This document shows, one piece after another, positions 12,508 through 25,391 of a DNA stretch of 64,000 bases (its first letter is position 1; every line of letters starts with the position of its first letter). The stretch lies in assembly GCA_053919585.1 (NCBI GenBank), contig CM132791.1; one strand, written 5' to 3'. This stretch comes from Euprymna scolopes (Eukaryota). The translations under genes were made by a program, and so were the position numbers. The notes beneath the pieces are model-generated. The model made no database searches. It was given only the letters and a program-made list of their open reading frames with translations, and was not told the origin of the DNA.

Positions 12508-14053
12508 AAAACCACTTAAGAAAGTAAGTGTTTACGCATATTATCGATGTGTTAATCAATCAAATGGTTGTAACCATTGCCAAAAGGGAAAATATGATGG
12601 AAAAAATGAAATCTGCATTATTCGAAACCTTAACCCTGATCTATTAATTATTAAAAAAAAAACATTTTCACCTAGTAAAAATGATAAGACAACTGATAAT
12701 TTATCTAACAAAAGGGAATTATAAATTAATAAAAAGGGTCTCAGTATTTAGTGTAGCCTCTATTATTACGAATTACTTCGAAATCTCTACTCAGCATGTT
12801 TTCGACTAACTTTTTTATCAGTTGCGAAGGAATTTTATCCCATGTATTGAAAACTGAATCAGAAAGTTCCTTTATCGAATCATAATGGGTTCCATCCTTG
12901 AACACTTCTTTTGCCATCCATCTCCAAAGATTTTTAATGGGATTGAGATTCGGAGAACATGCTGAATGAGCTAACAATTCTATATTATTTGATGAAAAGT
13001 ATTCTCGTGCTTGTCGAGAAGTGTGTATCGCAGCGTTGTGTTGCTGGAAAATCCAATTTCTTCCACACAGACGTGTATCTTCAGTCATGATAGAAGCATT
13101 TTCAAGCATTGAAATGTACTTCAATGATGTTTGCCGGCCTTTCACTGCTTGCAACTGTAGGGTCCCAACTGACGAGAAAGCACCCAGATCATTAAATACC
13201 CTCCTCCACTATGCAGGGTTGAAAAAGTCTATTTGGGCAAATTTTTATCATGTCAATAATGTTGAGATCCATCTGGACCTCTAGATAAAACTTTTTCTCA
13301 TCGGAGAAAATTACATTTTCCCACTCCTCTTCATCCCAAAGCTGATATTTGGTGGTATATTTAAGTCGGTTAGTTTTGTGCTGTTCAAGAAGACGTGGTT
13401 TCTGCAGTCGCTTTAAATGATTGAAACCCTTCATTTTTAGATGCCTTTTGATTGTTTTAGGACTACATTCTGCTGCTGTTTTGCCTTTAAATCGACTTGA
13501 GCTCATACTGGAGTTTTTTGTTTATTTTTTACTTTTTCTGATACGGCGATCCAGTGATGGGGTTGTTTTTTTGGTCGACCTGGATTTTTTTGTGCTCACA
13601 TTGATCTGAATTTCTTTAAAAATTTGTGATGACCGTTTTGCTACGATTCACTTCGTTTGCAATGGATCTATGATCTATGGGAGAGTCCACCCCTATTAAG
13701 CTCAAAGATCCTTCCTCTCTCAAACTCTGATAATGGTTTCCCTTTTGTCATTTATAATTTAGTAAAATGTTTTTTATCCACAAACAAGTTGCTTTTAGTA
13801 ACATAGAAATCTTTTCGTTTTCATTTTTTTTTCAAAACTAGTCGATTTTATTAAAGTGGTCTTATCATTTTGACCAGGTGAAAATGTTTATTTTAAATAA
13901 TTAACAGATCCGGGTTAAGGTTTCGAACGAAGCAGATTTTTCCATCATATTTCCCCTTTTGGCAATGGTTTGAACCATTTGTTTGATTAAAAAGTCGATA
14001 ATATGCGTAAACGCTTACTTTCATAAGTGGTTTTATGATTTTTACAAGGGCTG
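12508..14053 (-). mobile_element. Tc1-family transposon with ~200-bp IR/DR-type terminal inverted repeats
   Basis: 12508-12694 is the reverse complement of about 13855-14035; right end ...agggctg followed by TA; left tip hidden in the N-gap. Confidence 0.9.
12741..13751 (-). pseudogene. Tc1 DD34E transposase pseudogene
   Basis: MTKGKPLSEFERG start, VIFSDEKKF, WIFQQHNAAIH, HSACSPNLNPIKNLW, GYTKY end; split over several frames. Confidence 0.88.
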
Positions 14054-14758
14054 TATATATAAGAGCAAATAGTTAATAAAACATGTTAAAAAACACTTTG
14101 AAAAAGAGTTATAAACATATTTACTCTGAAAAAGAAACACTAAATAAGTGGATAGTCCTTAATCCGCGGAGTTTCGAAGAAATACTTTCCTTCTATTCAG
14201 GGGGTAGGAATTAGCAAAATGCGGGATCAGATTTTGCATACAAAAGTATTTGATGAAACTGCAAGTAAGTCAAAGATCTTACTTAATAACAAAACGTTAA
14301 GCCGAGGGAATATCGCGAAGAAAATGTTTCACGTGATTTGATAGTCTGGTGAAATGTAAAATATCCAATGACGGTAAAATCCAAAAATTTATCTATCTCC
14401 TATTTTGTTTTATGGAGCTTTTACATCTGGTTCAGATTACTTTATAAATATTAATTCTTTTATATTTATAATATACTTTAGTTTTGCCATCTTGGATCAT
14501 TTTGGTANNNNNNNNNNNNNNNNNNNNNNNNNNNNNNNNNNNNNNNNNNNNNNNNNNNNNNNNNNNNNNNNNNNNNNNNNNNNNNNNNNNNNNNNNNNNN
14601 NNNNNNNNNNNNNNNNNNNNNNNNNNNNNNNNNNNCGCCATATATATTTTATAATTTACTACCTTGCTCTGCATACGTATTGAGCACTGTTGAAGGAAAT
14701 AATAGTTTCCACTAAATTTATACTTTCGTATATTAATTTATGTGACTAAACGAAGTAG

Positions 14759-14789
<31 letters not shown>

Positions 14790-14790
<1 letters not shown>

Positions 14791-15950
14791 TTAAAATCTA
14801 TGAATCTATAGTATGTAATTGATTCCAATATTGATAGCTGAATAAAAATAAAAAAATATATAAGCCTTTGACACAAGCACTTATTTGATTAGATCTTCGG
14901 AAAATGAAAGTAATACTATGAAAATAAAAAAGTCAACCAGTTTAGTATGTAAAAATATGGTGAATAGAACATTCTAAAATTAATTTATCGCCATACTGGA
15001 AGTAAATCATAAACACTGTCTAAAATGTAAAGCAAAATGTGGAAATACTGAATATCAAGACCGTTTTCTTTTATAAATGTTTAAACCGCATTTGCGTAGC
15101 GATATAACTTGTGATATTTCTAGGCTAGACAGTCATGTAGAATAGTGAAAAATGACTTCAAAAAGAATGTTCACTCTTTGAAATTGATTTTCATTTCTAG
15201 ACACACGTTGCCATTAACCACAAATTTTATTCAATATTTGTTATGCCGCGCGCACACGTTGAACTGTTCAAATGAATTACATTATTTTCCTAGCAGAATT
15301 CTATGTATCTAAAAGAGAATGTTATTTGAGTGTTGTATTTGAATAAACCTATTATTTTTCAATAGAAATCTGTCTCCCATTTCAATTTTAAAAACATGAA
15401 AGATTTGTGATTCAAACAGCTTTTTTATCTCGCATAAAACTAAATTAAACAAAATACATTCTAACTCACTAGCCTCATTCTGCATCTCATACTAATCTAA
15501 TAATTGCTTTATGTAGTAATATTCTTACTACGATTATATTAAACACCTAAGTAAATAAAGCTGCATCGCAACTTAAATATAAATTTTCTATTTTATGTTT
15601 TGTATTCTTTAAAACATTTTGCTTTAAAGTGAAATAAAACTTTAACTCTTTTTCATTGTAATTAATTCAGTTTCCTAGATTATTTTTTTATTTTTCCTTT
15701 CTCGAACATATATTGTATAAAATCGGTTCCAATACATATCACTTGTTAATTAAATTCAAATTATAATTCCTTACTTTATTATGTGTCATACTACGATTTG
15801 CATCTATCACTGTTATTATGAACTCCTAAAGTAACTGAGGTCTGGCTCAGAATTTATACTTCTTTACTTTCGTAAATTTAAATATTAAATATGTGTTTGT
15901 AGGGTATTCTGTAATTTAATCATGAATTCTTCGCGTAGTACCCAGTTTTA
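14790..15950 (+). repeat. Diverged ~1.15-kb duplication, copy A (12174-12349 also matches 19654-19830)
   Basis: Collinear with 19895-21080, e.g. cacttatttgattagatc, ttcatttctagaca(c/t)acgttgccattaa, tttttatctcgcataaaactaaattaaacaaaat. Confidence 0.9.
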
Positions 15951-15953
15951 GCT

Positions 15954-16028
<75 letters not shown>

Positions 16029-16301
16029 AAAGGAGATTAGAACGATAGTCTAAAGAGCTGAGTGTATTTTAATGTAACAGTGAAATTACTAGTTTAATTA
16101 AAATACAGGAAATAGAAAGTGCTCGTTGTAATTTAGATATATAATAAGCTCGATAGTTAAATGTCCTAGAGATAATTCAATATTAAGTAATGTGATTTAT
16201 AATTTAAAATTTAAAAATTTAAAAAATTTAAAAATTTAAAAATCAAATTTTAATTAAATTAAAAATCAGTTTCATAAGAAGGAACAACAACAAAATCAAT
16301 T

Positions 16302-16410
16302 ATCTGTACGATCGTTTCAGAATACAATGCTTTTTATTGTTGTATACATCAAGTTATGTAGAACAATTATATATAGTTTTTTGGTAAGCAAGGTCTCCTC
16401 ATCAGCAAAT
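16302..16410 (-). ncRNA. Type I hammerhead ribozyme (inverted copy)
   Basis: atttg-CTGATGA-ggag...ttct-GAAA-cgatcg-TA-cagat on the minus strand. Confidence 0.75.
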
Positions 16411-16639
16411 TTAGGAGGGTTTTTTATTGAATTTAAAAGACACCATAAATAAACCTAGCATTAAAAGTAAGGCAGATGAATCTGAAAAATTGAAATAAAA
16501 GGTCTGGATTTAAAATTTATAAGAAAATTAATATGGGTTAGTTAAATAATAACACCAACTTAAATCAATCTACCAATCAATTACTAATCAACCCACCACA
16601 TAATAATCCAACAATAGACCTAACGGAAAATAATCACAA

Positions 16640-16993
16640 CAATCAAGAGGTAATATATATTAGTTCCACATCTGGCCTAATAAAACATAGAATTTCAACG
16701 CACAAACATTCTTTTAAAAATAACTGTCTATCAAACCAAACTACTCTATCCAACTATATTTGGCAACTAAAAAAAACAGCAATATTTCTTTCAACTTAAA
16801 ATGGCAAATAATTGAGACTTACAAATCATATAAACTAGGAGATAAATTTTGTGCACTATGTACAAAAGAGACCCTAAAAATTTTAAAATATGAAGATATA
16901 AAATGTACAACCAAACTATTAAATTCAAGACAGGAGCTTCTGACATGTAGTCATACACGTTGGTTTAAATTTAATAAATATAAACCACCTTAA
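16640..16993 (+). pseudogene. Penelope-type GIY-YIG endonuclease remnant
   Basis: YISSTSGLIKHRISTHKHSF...TTLSNYIWQLK, then (frameshift) LKWQII...CALCTKE...LLNSRQEL..CSH. Confidence 0.8.
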
Positions 16994-17549
16994 ATCATTA
17001 AAAATTACTTATTAGTAAAAATAGATTACAATTATTATTTATTTTTTTAATAAATTAAGTTAGAATAATTACTTCCCTTAGACCCGTAAAATAAACAATA
17101 AATAAAATCAAGAACACATGACAATTATCTCCCCTTAAAGCTTGTAATAGAAATATTCTCTCTATATATATATATAAACTGTAGCGTCTTTAAATCAAAA
17201 ATACGCTAACGGAAACAATTTATTGCACGAGCGTCCCCATTTTTAAATTCATCATTCAATAAGATAAAAAGCTATAGCAAACAGCTAAATGACTACTTTA
17301 AACACAGTTCCTGATTTCAAAAAAAGATAAAATTAAAAGGTAAATATCACTGTATATTTTTAAATCAAATTTATTATGTAAATTCAAAAATATATATTTT
17401 TCTATACTTATTTCTATCTCTAACCCATATTAATTTTCTTATAAATTTTAAATCCAGACCTTTTATTTCAATTTTTCAAATTCATCTGCCTTACTTTTAA
17501 TGCTAGGTTTATTTATGATGTCTTTTAAATTCAATAAAAACCCTCCTAA

Positions 17550-17658
17550 ATTTGCTGATGAGGAGACCTTGCTTACCAAAAAACTATATATAATTGTTCT
17601 ACATAACTTGATGTATACCACAATAAAAAGCATTGTTTTCCGAAACGATCGTACAGAT
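17550..17658 (+). ncRNA. Type I hammerhead ribozyme with long loop II
   Basis: Stem I atttg/cagat; CTGATGA 17555-17561; stem II ggagac/gttttcc; GAAA 17642-17645; palindromic stem III ACGATCGT; predicted GUA cleavage after 17653. Confidence 0.82.
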
Positions 17659-17861
17659 AATTGATTTTGTTGTTGTTCCTTCTTATGGAACTGATTTTTA
17701 ATTNNNNNNNNNNNNNNNNNNNNNNNNNNNNNNNNNNNNNNNNNNNNNNNNNNNNNNNNNNNNNNNNNNNNNNNNNNNNNNNNNNNNNNNNNNNNNNNNN
17801 NNNNNNNNNNNNNNNNNNNNNNNNNNNNNNNNNNNACGATGATTTGTTGCTCGACAATCAT

Positions 17862-17914
17862 GAGCATGTTTCGGTCTTCTTGTATTTAGTAACTAGAGCC
17901 CTCTTCAGCCAATA
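17862..17914 (-). ncRNA. Degenerate hammerhead-like motif (Penelope pseudo-LTR fragment)
   Basis: CTGAAGA-ggg...acc-GAAAcatg; stems I and III do not pair properly. Confidence 0.45.
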
Positions 17915-18924
17915 AACGCTTATTTTCGAAATCGGAATTCTTTCGAAAATAGGCGTTGTTACTTACAAACCTAAATATACTATTAGAAACATTTTATTAA
18001 TAAAAAACGCTATAAATTCAATCAGACTATTTTTTAAATCAACAGTTTATACTTAATTTAAAAAAAAATGGGGATATAATGTACGACACTTAATCACTAC
18101 ACATTTGCTCGTCACATAAAAAAGTGTTCGCTTTTAATCGTAGTCCTATTAGGTTCAGTCCTGATAATATAATTAAAATAATCTTGTATATAATAAAGGG
18201 AACTACCTTAGACTGACAACAACGCATAAAATACTACTATATTTGTGTTATTAGCCATTACGTTATATAGCTATAGACCACAATTACATACAAATTATTT
18301 CGTAATATTAAAAAAATTACATTTAGTCTGAGGAGAGCAATGACGATAATCCTCCTAACTGAAATACGAATTAGCAAGACGTTCACCCTCACTTTACTTA
18401 CTAGTCTTATGATACCAGTTTACACTGCTTTCTTATATACTTAAACATACTTTTCATGGGTTATAACCATCATTAACCGACTTCAGACTTCTTACACATA
18501 CGCATGCTCTTAGCCTTTACATCCGACACCAATAATGATTTCTCCCTGTCAAACCTTCCGACACAAAACCTTGATAAGAGCATTACCAAGTACAAAAGGT
18601 TATCTGTGTGAACATTCTTAGAAACAAGCAAAACCGTTACGGAGTCAACAGGGAACAAAATCTCTCTAACACACAAAATGTATTTATATAAAATATTTCG
18701 CATTATATTATTTTACATTAATTCTTTGTTGCATTATAATATTTTACATTAATTACTTTATTTAACATTGATTTGTGTATGGGAAAATACGATATTTTAT
18801 GAGAAAGATATTGTAACTTGCTAGAAGCATTGCTCGTAGTGTAAGAACGATATGTGTTTAAAGGCTATATCAATGCAATATGTGGGAAACACGGAGGACA
18901 ATATTATTGCCAATATTAGAAGGA

Positions 18925-19310
18925 ATTAATTTATTGTGGACTATTACCCTCATCTTTCTTAGTTGTGTTTCACGAGGTCTCGGCAACTATTCCTTTGGTC
19001 TTCGCCAGGTGGTAACCGCGACAAGTAATGGGTTCCGAATCTCCTAACTGCATTCTCAGCAATTACTTCCATCCATAAGTGTTGTCGTCTTACCATGTTT
19101 TGGCCAAGTAATCTTCTGGCTGACTCAATAGGATTGAAACCGCTATCTTCAGACAATATTCACCTGGAACCATAGAGTCTCAACGCCTCTATCCACTGCG
19201 CCACGGGTTACCACCTGACGAAGGTCAGAGGAATAGTTGGCCGAAGCGTCCTGAAACAACATCTAAGAAAGATGGGGATAATAGTCTGCAATAAATAATT
19301 AAATATTAAT
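18925..19310 (-). mobile_element. Non-autonomous element with tRNA-like head, hammerhead tail and an inverted copy of the tail
   Basis: A-box tggcgcagtgg (19193-19203); B-box ggtttcaatcc (19131-19141); about 18925-19018 is an inverted repeat of 19206-19305; both arms are mutated hammerheads followed by AATAAA. Confidence 0.7.
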
Positions 19311-19384
19311 CATCTCAATAATGAATTCCAATAAAATAACATGTATTTGAAGAAATCTTCAAAAATTTTCAGTTATTGATTATG

Positions 19385-19642
19385 CCTCCGTTCAGTCTCG
19401 AAAGACAAAGCTTCCCCCTGTAGGGGCAGCTGCGCGTGTAATTATGAGGCAAGGATTTCGATATCCACAACCATAGCTCTTCTGACTCGCCACTCTAAAG
19501 TCCAATGGCAATAAGTCCAGGACTACTGGAAACAATGCCGAGATAAACGGAAAGCAAGTACAACACCTGGAAGTCTCAAATGGTCACCCATTATGTGCTG
19601 ACCAGATTCAACGTTGTTAAATTTCGGTGATCCAGTGGCGAG
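19385..19642 (-). mobile_element. 5S rRNA-derived SINE (SINE3-like)
   Basis: Minus strand gatcaccgaaatttaacaacgttgaatctggtcagcacataatgggtgaccatttgagacttccaggtgttgta aligns with the 5S internal control region and 3' end, followed by an unrelated body. Confidence 0.65.
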
Positions 19643-19830
19643 TTAATAGGAGTTAATGCCCAGGGGAAATTACTTATGAGATTTTAAAATGTGATTCATA
19701 GCTATTTTTTAATGTGCTTCTTGTTTACGTTTTTTATATACAATAAAATTAATGTAGAAATAACGACTAACACGACACATAATACGCATAGTTTATTCTC
19801 AATTTATGAGTCTATGACTGATCTCATTCA

Positions 19831-19886
<56 letters not shown>

Positions 19887-19894
19887 TATATACA

Positions 19895-21080
19895 GGATCG
19901 TATGTAGGTGCTTGAAATTATAAATCTAAATATATAGTGTTTCATTGATACGAATATAAGTAGCCGAATAACAATAGAAAAATATATAAGCCATTGATAC
20001 AGGCACTTATTTGATTAGATCATCGGAAAATAAAAGGAAAGATATGAAAGTAAAAACGTCAAATAATTTGGTATGTAAAAATCTAGTGAATGGAACATTT
20101 TTCAAATGAATGTTACACCATACTGGAAATAAATCATAAACAATGTCTGAAATGTAAAGCAAAACATAAAATTACTGAACAGCAGAACCGTTGCTTTTAT
20201 AAATTGGAAAATCGCATTTACGTAGCAATATAACTTGTGACATTTGAATGCTAGACAGTTATTTACAATAGTTAAAATGCCTTCAAAAAGAATTTTCACT
20301 CTGTGAAATTAACTTTCATTTCTAGACATACGTTGCCATTAATCACAAATCTTATTCACTATCTGTTATGTCGGGCGCGCATGATGAAATGTACGAATGA
20401 ATTACGTCATTTTCCATAGCAGTATTCTACATATCTAAAGCGTTAATTTATTGAGTGTTGTATTTGAATAAACCCCATTGTTTTACAATTTTGGAATTTA
20501 ACAAACATCAAAGATTTCTGAATGTTGCCATGAGAGATTTTAACAGTTTTTTATCTCGCATAAAACTAAATTAAACAAAATTTATCTTAGTTTCCCAGCA
20601 TCGTTTTATCCTTCATACTATTCTGTTAATTATTTTAGATTATAATAGTGTAGCTACGATTTTTATGAAACCTAAATAAATAAAGCTGTCTTTCAAATAT
20701 ACATTTTCTATTTTTCTGTGTTGTATTCTTGAAAACATTTTGCTTTAAAATGCAATAAAAGTTAAACTATATTTCATAGTAATCAATTCAGTTTTCTAGA
20801 TGTTTTTTTTTATTTTATAATTTTTACTTGTGCGAAAACATTTAAAATATTGTAAATAATTGTTCTAATAAATATTACTTCTTAATTAAAGTAAACTTAT
20901 AATTCCCTACGTTAGTATGACCATATATCATTGTTTATAGGAACTGTAAAAGTTAATAGATCACTTATTTAGTTATCTAAATAAAAACATTATTGTGTTT
21001 TTGTAGTGTGCCTTGGGCCTTAATTTAAAATTCGCCACGTAGCAGTAAATTCGTCAGATAGCATTCTGTTTTAGCCATAA
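19895..21080 (+). repeat. Diverged ~1.15-kb duplication, copy B
   Basis: Collinear with 14790-15950. Confidence 0.9.
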
Positions 21081-21109
21081 CTTACACACACATGCATACA
21101 CACATATAT

Positions 21110-21153
<44 letters not shown>

Positions 21154-21222
21154 TGTAATTTTTCCGAAATTAGATGTATGTCTTTCACACTCGTATTTGT
21201 AACCAGATGTTTAAGTAGTATG

Positions 21223-24200
21223 TGTTACACGCGTTTAATTGAATTCCGCATAAGCAGAAACAATACATGAGCGATCGCTACGCGTTCCTTGAAAACTTTA
21301 AGAGAGTTTTTTTAATACAAATAAGCATCTAAACAACAATGTAATCAAAAGAAATGGGCACGGTTTTATTTAGTAAACTCATAAGAATTAAAAACGAAAT
21401 TACTTTATAGTGTATATAAATGCACTTCCGAAAACAACCAAATTAAATTCAAAGCACCCGGGGAAAGGTTATTTTATAGTCACGTATTTTATTTAAATGA
21501 TTTTAGCTAGCCGTCGTAGTTAGCATTACAATAAACGATGCAAAAACTCAAATATACTACTATTAAAAAAACAATTTAACTTATAGCGTTATTTATAGTG
21601 CATATCGGTGTAAATTCCTCTATTCAAGGAAGGCCGGTATAACACCCCTTTGAAAATATCCTGTCTGAAATTAATAACGGTTTTGTTTTGGGTTCACCCT
21701 AATCAATTCTGTTGATTTCCGTTTTCTGTTTGATATTCTGTTCTACGGAGCTGTCCCTGGTATAGGCACGTGAAACGTATCAAACGGTTGGCGAGAAATA
21801 TAAACAAAACCATACAAACAAAAATACTAGGAAAAAAAATCAACCAATTTAACCCGAGACTGCAAGAATCACTGTTCGAGTATATTTTCCGAATTTTGTT
21901 AGTGTGAGGTTTGTGCGCGAAGCCTGATCCCTTAATCATGTAAACCATGTTGTCTCAACAATACCGGACCCCCCAGAAAGTTTTATTATTTTTGTGAATC
22001 TTGTAGAAGACTTTTTCGCCAACTTTATATCGTTTTTTTTTTTGTTATCGCTTTTTTTTTTTAGGTTTGGCCTATCCTGGTTTGGTAACAACCGTTGAAA
22101 AATCGATATAACATTGTGTCAAAACATAACCTCAACAGGTGTCTTCGACATTTCCATGTTTGCATTCGAAGTTACTATGTATACTTGTAAATACTGTTGG
22201 ATTGACTTATCCGTCGGCGACCCACTAGCTTTTTTCGAGCTCTCTTCAATGTATCAACGAATTCCTCTGCTTGTCCATTACTCCTTGGGTGGTATGGCGG
22301 ACTGGATATATGCTTGATTAGATGATACTCGCGAAAATGTTTAAATTCGGTAGACGTAAATTGCGTTCCATTGTCTGTAACAATGAAGTCTACCACCCCA
22401 AACCTAGCGACACAGGAAGTTGGTAGTTATCTCGGATGTGGATTCTTACATTTTAATATTTCTTGCCATTTAGATAGGCTGTATACAACAATGAGATAGT
22501 AGAATCCATCTAGTGATCCTGCAAAATCTAAATGTATCCTAGACCAAGGGCGGTCCGGTTTTGCCCACGATCCAAATTGAGTCGGAGGAGCTTTCATAGC
22601 TAATACGCATCCTCTACACTCCCTGATTTTTCCTCCGATATCCTTATCCATGTTTGGCCAATAAACGAAAGAGCGCATAAGGCTTTTCATTCTTGATATA
22701 CCTGGATGTCCTACATGAAAGTCCTTGAGCATTATTTTCTGTAGTGTTGCAGGAATTACGACCCTGTCGCTATATAACAGGACGTTATCGCAAATTGAAT
22801 AAATTTCTTCATCCAGTTCATTATCGTTGATCCTTTCTTTCATGCATATAATAAATTCGTCCACCTCTGCCTTACTCTTAATCTCATCAAGCGTTACTGG
22901 AAGTTCTCTTATTGTTTCACATAACGTATTTTACTTCAACTTACGCTTGAATAGCTGCTATTACCATATCCTCCAATGATTCTGTCTGCTTAGGTATTAA
23001 CCTCGATAATCCGTCTGCATGGCCAAATGTGTTAGACGGTACATACTCCATTGGAAAATTGTCATTCAGAAGTATGGTATCCAATCTTTGGAGTTTATTC
23101 GCCGTATGTTGTTGTAGTCTCTTTTTCGATCCGAAAATCGTTAATAATTGTGATCTGTTTGTAACGGAAATTGCCTATCGTGCAGGAAACGATAAAATTT
23201 CATTACCACGAATACTATGCTTAGCACCTCTTTTTCAATTTGTGAATAGTTCTTTTAGGCTGGTAAAAGTGATCAAGATGAATGTGCTATGGATTTCACT
23301 TTTCCATCATCCATTTTGTGTAAAATGCATGCTCCTATGCCACAGGAGTTGGCTCGCTTGCAACTATAATTTCACACTTGTGATTATAATGTGCCAGAAA
23401 CGAGTCAGACGTTAAAGTCTCTTTAATTTCCCGAAATGCTTCTTCACACTCTTGCGTCCGGACCCATTTCTGGTCTTTCATTAACAGCTCATTTAAAGGC
23501 GACCTTAGTTTATGCATATTTGGCACTAATACATTGTAGTAATTTGCCAAATATAAGAAACTTTGTAAAGACGCAATATTTTCTGGAGCAGGCATATTCT
23601 TTCTTGCACTCGATCTATCTGGATCCTGCCTTCTTCCAGGTTTATCGATGATTTGCCTCAAGTATTTTATTTTCTCCATGTTTCACATTTTTCTTGTTTT
23701 ACGTTTTCCATTAACACATCGTCCAAGTACCCTACTGCAAAATCCAACCCATTTAACATAATGTCCATAATTTGCTGAAAAATCGCAGAGGCGACTTTGA
23801 ACCTAAAAGGAAGTTTGTTAAGCTTGTACAATCTCTTATGGGTATTAATACATAGCAGGTTTGAACACTCCTCATCGACTGGCACTTGTAAGCACGCGTC
23901 ACTAAGGTCGATTTTAGAAAAATATTTCCCTCCACTTAGGTTCGCAAATATCTCTTCAGGGTTCAGAAGAGGATAATGGTGATCCTTTTATGCCCTGTTT
24001 AAGCCTGTCGCGAAGTTGGCGCAAATCCGAATCTTCTTACTCCTCTTTTTGATGTAAACCGTTGGTGCAGCCCACTCACTGTGACTATTTTTCCGATGAC
24101 ACGCATGTTTTCGAGTCTTTCTAATTCACCGTCTGTCTGTTCTATAGCGGCGGATGGAACATTTCTTTTCTTTCTGAACACTGGCTGTTCATTTACTTTT

Positions 24201-24450
24201 ACATCAAATTATGCTACCGCTTCTGTACACCTTCCCAAACCGCCTAAAAATACGTCTGGTAAATTCTCTTTTAACTCCCTCTTAAGTTTTTCTGACTCCA
24301 CATTCGAATCCTCAACTTTTTGGCTTAATGAGCTTAATGGCAGATCGCATAGTCTAAACTTTTCCAACAGATCAGTTCCAAAGAGGTTGTTTGATTTTCG
24401 CATGACAAAAATTCTTCCTTTTTCGGGCCTGTTCTGGAAAAAAATATTAC
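21223..24450 (-). mobile_element. 5'-truncated, decayed Gypsy LTR retrotransposon (pol, PPT and putative 3' LTR)
   Basis: RT (LCINTHKRLYK, GYLDDVL), RNase H, integrase (HVGHPGISRMKSLMRSFVYWP, WSRIHLDFAG, VTDNGTQF, PPYHPRSNGQAE); PPT aaagggg before TGTTA at 21644; distal LTR end at about 21223 is a guess. Confidence 0.88.
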
Positions 24451-25077
24451 GTTTTACGTAGCAAAAATAAAATTAATCGCTTTATATATCGAACGAATTC
24501 ATATGGGAAACTTTTAGGTTTTTTTTTCTTTTTCTTTTTTACCCTCTTTGCCTTTTGCAAAAAATGATTGATTCTTTACGTGTTTGCTAAGCACAAATGA
24601 CGAACGCGAATAATTATTTTTCACGGTCTGTCTCTTTCTCTCCTGACAAAGTCAAGCGTGTTTTTTTTTCAAATCCCTGATGTTATCGAAATAACGATAA
24701 GCTTACAGGGTATTTGCTAGTTGGTTTTGGACATTTAACTTTGCAGAAGAAAATTCTTACCGTAGGAAAATAGTTTCTAGTGTAGAAAAAGTGAACCCTT
24801 TTCCCATTTTTAAAACACTTGTTAAGTGTGTTCAATTATCAAATAATTGACAACATTCACGTATTTCGCTGTAGATTTTCTTAGCAAGTTTTTTCCCTGT
24901 CGTCAAATTACTATTGTAGTAATTAATTCGCTGTTAATTCTTTTCGTATCCAAATATCTGTTGAAATGACAAAGGTGTTCTGCCTTAAAGATTTTAAGAA
25001 TCTTTATTTCAATCACTTTTGGTGATTCTCTGCAGTGATGGTCGTTTCGATTCCTTGTTGCCAATCATACTAAATAG

Positions 25078-25137
<60 letters not shown>

Positions 25138-25347
25138 TAGATATGTATATATAATAGATATGTATAAATATGTGCATATGTATTTATATACATGTGTGTA
25201 TATATATATGTATGTGCACATGTACATTTATGTATTGTATATGCATATATTATATGTATAGAATATATAGTATACATATAATTGTATATATATATTACCT
25301 ATATATAATACATATATAAAGTATGTGTATGCATATTTATGTGTATA

Positions 25348-25391
<44 letters not shown>

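Larger units (their letters stand above)
16255..17703 (+). mobile_element. Truncated Penelope-like element with an inverted copy of its 3' pseudo-LTR
   Basis: GIY-YIG remnant in the middle; 16255-16540 is a near-perfect reverse complement of 17422-17703; both arms carry a hammerhead. Confidence 0.85.
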
